DNA of 20,828 nt from a virus, in the IMG/VR virus record IMGVR_UViG_3300029906_000004, positions 82,176 to 103,003 of that record; one strand, written 5' to 3'. The first letter of the stretch is position 1, and the number at the start of each line of letters is the position of its first letter. The notes below the pieces were generated by a model. That model saw only the letters and a program-made list of their open reading frames with translations. It searched no databases and was not told the DNA's origin. The translations under genes were made by a program, and so were the position numbers. This document shows positions 9,187-19,492 of this stretch, in pieces.

Positions 9187-9732
9187 ATGAATATAGAGAA
9201 AATAACATTCGTCGATGATATTATTACTATTACGCTAAGCGAAGCTACTGCAGTTAGTAAAGTATGGATAGATACTTTAGATAATGTGGATAATCTATAC
9301 GCTGAAGATGATGATTCTCATTCATATACTATTACGCAAGGTGGAACGCCTGTATTAAGCGTTTAGATCGATTCTAAGACACTTTCGCCGGAGTTAGATA
9401 CTAGCGCCTTCATGGTAACTATAAATGGCGTATAGGGCTTCTATTACGACGAGGAAGAGCTTTATTATAAAGAAATAGATTTACTTACTAAATTCTGTAG
9501 TACCTGTTTAGATAAACATTAGAAGGAACGTATTGTATTATTTATGACGAAGTATCATCTAATGCAATACGCTATAGAAAATAATTTAGTAGAGGACCAA
9601 ATGAATTACTACATAGACTTAGCTAGAATGCTTAATATAGACTTTAAATATAATGCTAGATTAAACTGTTTGTGTAGTGGTAAGTGTAAAAGAGTAGTTA
9701 AATGCTGTAACGGTTGCTGTGCTTTATGTTAA
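9187..9732 (+). CDS. Putative tail hub-like protein with a Cys-rich C-terminus, 181 aa, TAG=Gln
   Basis: ATG 9187 is in frame with track ORF 9544..9732 through 3 TAGs. It contains CSTC and the terminal CLCSGKCKRVVKCCNGCCALC. The hub call rests on synteny only. Confidence 0.62.
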
Positions 9733-9923
9733 CAAAGGAATTATATAAGATAGGTAAAACCTATAATCTTATTACAAAGTATAATATAGAATATGACCGT
9801 AGGTGTATGCTTGATTTTGTATGTGCTATTCATATTAATGATCTACTTAACTCCAAATATGAATTAACAGATTTGTAGAGAACCAAATTAACTAACATAC
9901 TTAATAATTTAGTAGTATTATGA
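9726..9923 (+). CDS. Small putative tail hub-like protein, 65 aa, TAG=Gln
   Basis: ATG 9726 overlaps the previous stop, has one TAG, and TGA 9921-9923 overlaps the next ATG (ATGA). It fills the gap exactly. Function is by synteny only. Confidence 0.58.
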
Positions 9924-10600
9924 CACAGCAAGAGATAGAAACTTTATTGAAACAACTATAGTAGCAAGTAGAACTTAATACTACTGCTATATAGTAGATT
10001 GCAGATAGATTTAATAGTTATTCTACTCTGTCTAGTCTTTACTCTATAAATTCCGCAGTATCTGCAGTATAGGCTAGCGTATCTACTCTATAGACACAGG
10101 TAGCTACTTTATAGACTAGTATCGGTCTAGTAAATAAACTATCTAAACTCATAGACGTTAACATAACGAACAGCCTTGCTAAAGATGATCTGTTACAGTG
10201 GGATGGAGATAGATGGACCAATATCAAACCGTCGAAATTAGGTATATCAGACTCTTCTGGTAGTATGTCTTTAGAAGGATTATCCGACGTATCGATAAGT
10301 AATAAGTCTAATGGTCAAGCGTTAGTGTGGAGTAATTCATTAGGTAAATGGACTAATGGTACTGTATCTGGTGGAGGTAGTGGTTTAGACGTTACTGCAA
10401 TGTGGTAGGAATTAGCTTCCAGTTCATCTAATCAGATTAATCCTAGTCATATTACCGGAGCGTTAAGTCTAAGTGGTTTAACTGTTAATGGCTCTACTAC
10501 ATTAAAGAATCAAAGTACTCAATTAAATGTAACTACATCTGGTATTAGTATTAATGGTAATACTGTAGGTACTGGAGAAATAACTGCTTATTCAGTTTAA
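9920..10600 (+). CDS. Short fibre protein (N-terminal coiled coil plus LxDVxI...LxW...WxN repeats), 226 aa, TAG=Gln
   Basis: Open to TAA 10598-10600 with TAGs, including tandem TAG-TAG at 9959-9964 and 9992-9997. Heptad pattern at the N-terminus. Its repeats and the C-terminal GEITAY motif are shared with the long fibre. Confidence 0.75.
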
Positions 10601-10602
10601 TT

Positions 10603-13600
10603 ATGAATATAAATAGAGACAAACATAACAAATATGTAGCTGGATGGACTCCCAATATAACTACGTCTACTGGATCTGAAACAAGTAGTGGATCTACTAC
10701 TTCTACTATCATATACGTTGGTGGTGGAGGAAGTAGTAGTGGAGGAGATTCTGGTACTGTTACGCAATAGAATACTTTCATGTATTATGTAATAAGTGAT
10801 GGTACTAACTCTATTACTTAGACTGCTACAATACCTACAGATACTGCTATATTAACTTTAATAGGAAAGAACGGAGTAACTGTTACCGCTAGTTAGGAAA
10901 AGAGTATACCTGAAACAGAGTTTGTCTCTACAGGTACTAATACTGGTACTTATAAGATTTCATACAATAAATTAGTAACTACTCCAGATCCTACAGAAGA
11001 AGTACCTGAACCTCAACCAGTTACTACATATCCTGTTACTATTACTTATGTGAGCGGTGATAAGATACTAACTTCATCCTTTGATACTCTTACTTTATAT
11101 AATACAGTTGATGAAACAGAGTAGGTAGTAGCTACTTATAATCAGACTTAGTTATAGATAGACGGAGATACTACAGGTATTAACTCTATTGTAGCAGATG
11201 CAAACAATACTGTATTTTCTAGAATAACTCTATCTATTACAGCAGAGGAATAGACTACTATAGTACTAGACTTTGCAGTAACTGTGAATCAGTAGGACAT
11301 ATTATATGTAGAAGGTACTTAGACCGAATAGTACTGGAAACTAGATGATGACGGTAATCTATACACTACTTATAATGCTTACTCTACATAGGAGCTATCT
11401 GCATACGGTATGGGAGAATCTGGTGGTACTCCTACTACAGGAGCAGAATACCTATATCAATTAAAGGACGTATCAGACGCAGTATAGACTCCTATAGATA
11501 AAGGTATACTTCAATATAATGCAGCAACTAGTCAATGGGAAGTAACAGATGGTTCTAATATTACTCCAGACCTAACAGGTTACGCCAAAGAAGATTGGGT
11601 TACTCAGCAAATTACTAATTAGATAAATATACTAAAAGGTAATGCTCCTGAGAATATGGATACACTTGGTGAGATAGCTGGAGTAATATCGTCATTGAGT
11701 GATAAAGTAACCTCTTTAGAAGTATTATTAGAGTGGTTTGAATGGGATGATACTAATGATGCCATTAAAGCTCTATTTGACTTATACGGTGTAGGTGAAA
11801 TATCTGCATACGGTTATAATACTCAGGAGCAACCTTCTGGTGCACAGTACCTAAATGATCTATTAGACGTAACGATCAGTAATCCTACAAATAATTAGAT
11901 ACTCATCTATAATGGTTCACAATGGGTAAATTCCGCATTACCTGAATCAGGTTTAAATGAATCAGAATTAGCATAGTATCTGACAGAACATAACTATATA
12001 CAATCTTCTGATTTAAATCAATATGCAACGATCACTTAGCTAAATCAAGCGATAACGGATCTTATAGGAGGAGCTCCAGCCGAACTAGATACGTTAGGAG
12101 AAATAGCTACTGTAATATAGAGTTTACAGTAGTTATTAGACTGGTTCTCGTTTGTAGACGGTAAGATTAGAGCTAATTACGACTTATGGAGTGTGGGTGA
12201 AGTAAGCGCATATGGTGCTGGAGAATCTGGTGAAACTGGTGGTAAGAATTATTTACATGAACTAGAAGATGTACTATTAGGTGACGATCTTGCATCAGGG
12301 CAATTACTACAATACAATGGTACATACTGGGTAAACATAGATAAAGACGAAGTAGGTTTAAATGAAACAGAGTTAGCTAATTACCTTACTTAGAATAATT
12401 ATCTGCAACAAGGAGATGTTACTTGGTCTAACTTATCAGGTAAACCTAGTACTTTTAATACGACCATAAACTAGATAAATGACTTGAATTCTAGTTGGGA
12501 CTCTTTACTGTTAAATTCTCCTACAGACTATGTAACTAGATGGCCGGCATTCTCAGAAGTAACAGATAAACCCACTACTTTAGCTGGTTACGGTATTACA
12601 GATGCGTATACTAAAACAGAAACTGATGATAGATATGTAAATATCACTGGTGACACGATGACTGGTAATCTTACTTTACCAGCTTTGATTGCCAATGATT
12701 ATATACGTATAGGTAGTACTGCTAGATTAGAGTATGATAGTACTAATAATGCTATTAAAGTAACTAATGCTTCTGGTGGCGTTGTTAATTTCTACGCTAC
12801 TGGAGAAGTATCTGCTTACGGTGCAGGTTCAGGATCCACTATAAGCGGGTATTTAAACGATTTACAGGACGTAACAATTAGTAATGTAACTACAGGTTAG
12901 GCATTAATATATAATGGTTCATAGTGGGTAAATCAAACAATATAGCAAGGATTAGATGAAAATGCATTAGAAGACTATTTAAACGATAACGGGTATCTAC
13001 CTAGTGACGCAACAGTTAATGAAGGTATTGCTGGTAAATTAGCATATTATGTTAATGCCACTACTATAGATGATTATAATTCCACAGTAGGTTCTAATAC
13101 TAAATTCATATACTTAAACGATGGAGTACCTACAGCTAGTAATGGTACAGTAGGTAGTACGCTAACTCCTGTATATCTGAATGCTGGGACGTTTACTACT
13201 TCAGATAAATACAGAGTTAGAGGTCTTAGTGGCGTGTATACCGGAAGCGGGGGAATAGAATATCCGTCGTATTTTACCGATTATGGATTAGCCGTTAATA
13301 TGATGAATACTCCTGTAACTTATTGTGATGTGATATACATTAATGGTTACAATAACGGAGGAGCAGATGTACCCTACATTAATGCTATAGCTTTCTAGAA
13401 GACCGCTGACGCACATGGAGAAGTATATCACGCTCGTGGAGATTATGACGGTGATTCATGGGGTACTTGGTATAGGTTTGTAGATTCGTATAATTATACC
13501 TCGATAATAACTAAATTGGGTACTTCTACTGTTGGCAGTGGTACTAAATTGTGGTATTTAAATGCCGGTACTCCTACTAACTCTAGTTCTACTATAGGAG

Positions 13601-15015
13601 GTCATTATACTCCTGTTTGGTTAAATAGCGGTACAATAACTGCTAGTACTCAGTAGTATATGGTTGATAAAGGAGTACTTAAAGATTACTGGACTAATTG
13701 GAATAGTGCTTTAACCGCAGGTATGTATTCGTTAAGTGAGTGGGGAACTAATGGACCTTCAAATGCAGGTTATCAATACGGAACAGTTGCTATATTCAAA
13801 TCTGGTACTAGTTCGTATGGTGGAGCTATATCATAGCTTTACATGCCTCATTCAAATGCTGAAGCAGGAGTGTATGCCGCATGGAGAACTACATATGGAG
13901 TAAGTAGTTCTAAATGGACTAACTGGCATTATCTGCTAGATACTGGTAACTACGCATACTTCCTGAATAACTATTATGTGAAGAAGTCGGGTGATAATAT
14001 GACTGGAGATTTATACACTTCTGCTAGTTTCACTGCAAATAATGGTTTGTATCTCAGTAATAGCCACGGTAGATTCATATGGGACTCTGGAACATCAGCT
14101 GCTTGGTTACAGGGGGCTAGTAGTGGCAATATGTATCTATCTGGTTTAAACGCTACTACTTTATCATCTTTAAGGCTTTATACTACATCTATACAAACAA
14201 ATTTAGGTGTCCTTTATAAGTATTTGGGTTATAGTACTGACGGAGTATAGAACTATATTGTAGTATCATATGCCTATAATAGTGGTTCTGTTATTAACGG
14301 TAGTGGTTGTGTAGGCTCTTTTATATTAACTCGAGGAAGTGCTGCTGAATGGAACGGTAAAGTTGAGATACATGTCAATGCCGGCGGTCAATATAATACA
14401 AACGTATTTGGTTATTACAAATTCGGTTCCGGATGGACAGTTGAAGGTATGTTTAAAATATATTACAGTGGTTCATATTATTTAGCTATTAGAACTGCAG
14501 CATCTTCTTAGTATAGATGTTACTTTAACGGAGTTACTACAAACAGTTTCTCTCCATTTATAATAAGAGCTTCTGCTGCTAGTAGTGTTGCTGCTATATC
14601 CGGTACAGCAAATGGTACTATAGCTGCGTCTGGAAATATAACCGCATAGGGAGAGATAACAGCGTATGCCGCTTCAGACATTAGATTAAAGACTGATATT
14701 ACTCATCTATCTGCAATAGACGTTGTTCGTAGAATGAACGTAGTTGAATATAATTGGAATGAAACTGCGTTGCAGCTAAAAGCTGATAAGACTGTACATG
14801 GATACGGATTAATTGCGCAAGAGCTAGAATCTCTAGTACCTGAAGCAATTAACTATAATATGTTTAATGCAGATTATCTGGGTATAGATTACACTAAACT
14901 AGTACCATTTGCATTATCAGCTATATAGGAAGTCGATGATGAAGTAACTAAATTAAAGAAAAGAGTAAAGAAACTAGAAGTTAGATTAAGTAAATATGAA
15001 CGTATTATTGACTGA
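10603..15015 (+). CDS. Long tail fibre with C-terminal peptidase S74 intramolecular chaperone, 1470 aa, TAG=Gln
   Basis: One frame with no TAA/TGA from ATG 10603 to TGA 15013-15015, absorbing five track ORFs. It carries GE(I/V)SAYG repeats, APxxxDTLGEIA motifs and two knob-like domains. The S74 domain shows SDIRLK (S at 14674), GLIAQE, GIDYTKLVP, AI*E and a terminal coiled coil. Confidence 0.9.
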
Positions 15016-15157
15016 TAGAGAACTACTTGAATAGATCTACTTATTACTAGTATAGATTTATAATAAAGTAAAAGAGATAGATAATGATGAAAAGTAGTTT
15101 GGTATGAATTTACTTGCAAATCTAGTAAGTACTAAATCAACAAGAGTATAGTCATGA
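14996..15157 (+). CDS. Small hypothetical protein, 53 aa, TAG=Gln
   Basis: MNVLLTDRELLE*IYLLLV*IYNKVKEIDNDEK*FGMNLLANLVSTKSTRV*S. It overlaps the fibre stop, and its TGA overlaps the peptidase ATG (ATGA 15154-15157). Confidence 0.65.
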
Positions 15158-16614
15158 AGTATTTTACATTTAAAGAGATGATTTAGTCTAATACAGCTAA
15201 AGCTAGAGGTATAGAGAACATACCAGATTGGGATGATATATATAGGCTGTAGAGGCTAATAGAGACGATTCTAGACCCTTTGAGGGAATGGTACGGTTCG
15301 CCTATTATAGTCAACTCAGGGTATCGCTGTGAGGCTTTAAATAAGGCTGTAGGAGGTGTTTCTACAAGTTATCATTGTTTTGATAGAAATACAGAAATAT
15401 TAACAAATAACGGATGGAGAACTTACAAAACAATCAAACCTTACGATAAAGTTCTATCTATGAATTTAGATACGCAGCTATTAGAGTTTGTAGATATAGA
15501 TTCGATATAGATACAGCCTTATAAAGGAAATTTGATATATGCCGATAATAAACATGTATAGTTCGCTGTTACAGACGAACATAGGATGGTAGTCAGAAGT
15601 CCGGCTCACAAATATGTTAGAAAAACAGACAGAGTATTAACTGAAGCAGAACAAAAATATTTTGATTCGCTAAAGACAGATAATGATAAGTTTCATATAG
15701 AGTTATCTAAAGATATTATTGGAAAGAGACGAATATTTAAAACAGCGGGTATATCTGCTCACACCAACGAATATAATGTTGATATATTAAGAATGTGTAT
15801 GGCAGTTATTTCTGACGGTTTTATCTAGAAGAAAAAGGGAATAGGTAATCCTTAGATAGCTTTTAACTTAAAGAAAGAAAGAGATAAACAAGAATTAGAA
15901 GATATATTAAATAGACTAGGTTGGAAGTATAATAAACATTATAGTAGTTCTCATGAAAGACATGGAATCAAAGGAGTATATCATTATTACATAAGCTATT
16001 CTGAATGTGCAGAGATATTTGAAATAATCGGTATGACCAAAAAAATACCTCGTTGGTTTTTAACGTTAAAGCCAGAAATACTTAGACAACTAGTAATAAG
16101 TTATGCTAAGTTTGATGGTTCGTTCGATAAACGTGAGGGTAATAGCGGAATCTCCATCTTTTCTATAGACGAACACAACATAGATATGCTTCAAGCAATG
16201 TGTGTATTATGTGGTATGAGGTGTGTCAAGAAGGAGCTCAAAAATTATAAGATAACTTTTGGTGATAAACAATATGTATTAAAAGAGTTCTTCATATTAT
16301 ATATTACTCAAAACACAGATGAGAGTAGAATGCAAGAGAATCTATATCACAGATTCTTTTACAATTCTACTGTGTGGTGTGTAAATAATAAAAATACCAC
16401 TCTCGTGACCCGTCGTAACGGAAAAGTATCTATATAGGGTAACTGCCACGGTTATGCTGCTGATATTACTGCTGGTAATAAGACTGAGAATAAGAAGTTA
16501 TTTAATTATATAAAAGATAATCTACCGTTTACGGAATTAGGCTGGGAAGGTAATGGTACATGGATACATATTGCGTGGACTGGTAGTAACGATAAAGAAA
16601 TATTTTACACATGA
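15154..16614 (+). CDS. M15-family Zn peptidase (putative endolysin) interrupted by an intein; 486-aa precursor, 130-aa spliced product
   Basis: N-extein MKYFTFKEM...LDPLREWYGSPIIVNSGYRCEALNKAVGGVSTSYH and C-extein CHGYAADI...WIHIAW. Splicing restores the M15 SxHxxGxAxD motif plus the downstream WxH Zn ligand. Seven TAGs are read through. Confidence 0.88.
15376..16443 (+). mobile_element. Intein with LAGLIDADG homing endonuclease domain, 356 aa
   Basis: Block A CFDRNTEILTNNGW, block B VTDEH (TxxH), LAGLIDADG-like MAVISDG and SYAKFDG, block F/G VWCVNNKNTTLVTRRNGKVSI*GN with +1 Cys at 16444. Confidence 0.92.
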
Positions 16615-18161
16615 TTACATTATAGAATATGATATTCGCTAATCCGTAGGCATACTAGGTATTCCCTAATATGGTTAATCCATATAATACCGGTACTACA
16701 GAATTAGCTAGGTATACAGGTCATTTAGCGATTACAGATAACAACGGTAATACTTATGACTTTACTGGTACTAGTACTATAGACTTTACCTCTATATCTG
16801 GTCTAGTTACTATAGACAATATAACAGATAGAGGTAGTGTACGGTTAGGTAGATGGTAGATACCTCAGTCTATAGTTATTACTAATGATATCACTATTAC
16901 AGTTACTATTATAGCAGAAGTATCATCAGATGGTGCTACTATTACTCCCCAATACGAAGTAAAGTATAATACATACCATAATGGAGAATTAACTGAATTT
17001 ACTGTAATTACTCCAGATAATGTTACATTATAGTCTAATGTAGAATGGATTACTATCAGTAATAATCAAATAGTAGTAGCAGCTAATACTAATACAGAAG
17101 CTAGACAAGGTCAAGTAACAATACAAGTATCATATCAAGAGTATAATACTAGTGCTAATTATAATATAATACAAGCTGGTTATAGTATAGAAGATGGTAT
17201 TATGGATGCTATGGTATTATGGTATGATTTAGCTAAACAAGGTGCTACTAATGAATCTATGGCTACTACCCCTACGTTAATAGACCATAGTGGCAATGGG
17301 CATGATGCTACGTGCTATAACTTTGCGTGGAGTGGGATGAGCGGGATTGGGGGATTTGATTATCCATTATTTCCAAATGTGTTCTCTTCGGATGGTTTTT
17401 GCAATATTCCTAACAATAGATATTATACACGTTTAACCGACGTATCTGATACGACTTACTCAATAAAGTTTAAAGTATCTAAGATGAGTAATGGAAAGAC
17501 CTTATACGTTAGAAAAGTACTTAACGATGGGGTTTCTACTTCACTTCTATCTATTATAACGGAAAATGGTGAATACTCGTTTACCGTCGATTCAGGCTAT
17601 TTAGCAGTATATCCTTCGGAGAGAAGTAATCCAGAAGGAGTCTATAATGCGGATATAGATATTCAATTAGTCCCTCTCTACCCCAACGCCCTTGTATCTG
17701 ACGGTGTTGACGACTACTGCTTTGTAGAAGGACTGCCGTTGCTGACTAAGGAAAGAGGATATACGGTGATTGCGAAGAGAAAGTGGTTAGATGAGGACAA
17801 TGAAGGTAATTCGTCACTTATAACAAAAGCATCAACGACATCTGGAGTAGATGGAGCGTTTATGTTTGAATGTAAACATCAAAATGCAACACAGAAAATT
17901 ACAAGGAGTTTTGGTGGAACATTGATTCTTGACAATTTTTATACTGACGATATAACTTATCAAATATCTAATTCTTATAATTCGACATCGATACCGCAAC
18001 ACACTTATACTGATACAAATAAAATGGTAATGTTTAGATTTTCTACTAATGCAAATGAATATTATGGCGAATTTGCTCTTTATTCTTTATTACTCTTCAA
18101 CCGCGACCTTACTCCCGAAGAAATAGAATGGGTTAAAACAAACTTAATAGAAGCAGAATAA
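16611..18161 (+). CDS. BACON-domain plus LamG/ConA-like domain protein (putative adhesin or fibre), 516 aa, TAG=Gln
   Basis: ATGA overlap start, joins track ORFs 16671..16859 and 17202..18161. BACON-like SNVEWITI...VAANTNTEARQGQVTI...IIQAG at ~17034-17180. LamG-like LWYD..., DHSGNGHDA, SDGVDDY and FNRDLTPEEI follow. Confidence 0.78.
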
Positions 18162-18430
18162 TGAGATACATAGTAATGCCAATAGAGGATGCTCAAGTAG
18201 TCTTCACTGGAGAAGAACTATCTACAATGAGAAAATCTGTAGATAATACAGAAGTAATAGTACATGAAGAAACTCTAATACGTAAAAGAAATTCTATGGG
18301 ATTAACTACTCTACCTTCAGAAGATACAGGAATAATAGAGTGGACATATCCTACATACGACTATAATAGTAGTGAGCTTGACACTCTACTTTCAAGCGAT
18401 AGATGGTTAACTAAAGATGATAATATTTAA
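18161..18430 (+). CDS. Hypothetical protein coupled to the LamG gene, 89 aa
   Basis: Intact ORF with TAATG overlap, ends at TAA. Confidence 0.75.
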   Translation: MRYIVMPIEDAQVVFTGEELSTMRKSVDNTEVIVHEETLIRKRNSMGLTTLPSEDTGIIEWTYPTYDYNSSELDTLLSSDRWLTKDDNI

Positions 18431-18432
18431 TT

Positions 18433-19023
18433 ATGGATAAAGTAACATACAAAGAATTAAAAAACGCTCTAGTGCACACAGATAACAGCGTAGATGCATC
18501 AAAAACATACGAAATTGCAGCAGACGTTCGGTTGCAAGGACAAAATACAGTAGAGTCTTTTGAGAATGGTATTGTAATTAAAGATAGTACTCAGATTGCC
18601 ACGTTTAATTGTTGGGGAGATATTAGTAATATTAATATTCAATACTATAATGTAAAGAGTCAAGACTAGTGTGGAGTACTGAATGCAGTAACTCAATTCA
18701 TGGAAGCTGTAAAAAATAAAGTTGATTCGACTGATACGGGAGTACTACCTGAAATAGAGACTAGTGAAGAGGAAATTGATGCAATGCAGTTGAAGTTCAC
18801 AAGAATGATTATCAATAATGTAGATATGTCTGTTCAAGACGCATTAGATATGATTGACCTGTTTCCTCATTGGGAAGACTGTATAGGTAAAGAATTATAG
18901 ACGGGCTTTAAACTTCAATATGGTGGTATGCTGTATTAGACTCTAGACAAGACAACTCCGTATGAAGGTAAAGAACCAGGTAAAGAAACTGAAGATATTT
19001 ATAAGTTATTAACAACAGAATAA
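18433..19023 (+). CDS. Hypothetical two-module protein, 196 aa, TAG=Gln
   Basis: Joins track ORFs 18433..18669 and 18700..18900 through TAGs, ending at TAA 19021-19023. The C-terminal LFPHW...G..LQYGGMLY...PG...IY segment resembles a degenerate CBM5/12-like module. Confidence 0.68.
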
Positions 19024-19024
19024 T

Positions 19025-19492
19025 ATGGAAAATACAGAAGTAAAAGAAGAACAGAAAGTATTGAAAGCTAGTCGATTTGAAGTAGAACAACAGCTTAACC
19101 AGTATATCGGTAATATTAAAGTAGAAGGTCTATCAAGTGATGCTAAGTTATCTTTAGTTAAGCTAAAGATTGAGCTATCTAAAATCGTAGAAGATATTAA
19201 TGAGTTTAGAAAGAAGACTCTTGATAGTATTGAGAAACCTGAAAACTATGAAGAGTTGAAAGAGGCTTCACAGAAAGAGGATGCTACTGAAGAAGATAAA
19301 GCTGCATTTAAGAAAGTAGAAGATGAATTCAATAATAAATTCGTAGAGATAGCTTTACCTTACTTTAACGAAGTAGTTGAAATACCTTTTGACTTTATTA
19401 GTGAGAAAGACTTCTATGCATTAGTACAACACAATGATGTAAATGTAGTCTTTGGGTATGAGTATATCTATAATAAGTTAGTTAAGAAATAA
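19025..19492 (+). CDS. Hypothetical acidic helical protein, 155 aa
   Basis: Intact, TAG-free and E/K-rich; TAATG-coupled to the next gene. Confidence 0.78.
   Translation: MENTEVKEEQKVLKASRFEVEQQLNQYIGNIKVEGLSSDAKLSLVKLKIELSKIVEDINEFRKKTLDSIEKPENYEELKEASQKEDATEEDKAAFKKVEDEFNNKFVEIALPYFNEVVEIPFDFISEKDFYALVQHNDVNVVFGYEYIYNKLVKK

Noticed and set aside
14996-15157. Holin call for the 53-aa ORF next to the lysin
   Set aside because: Its hydrophobic stretch is short and interrupted by polar residues, with no convincing transmembrane helix.
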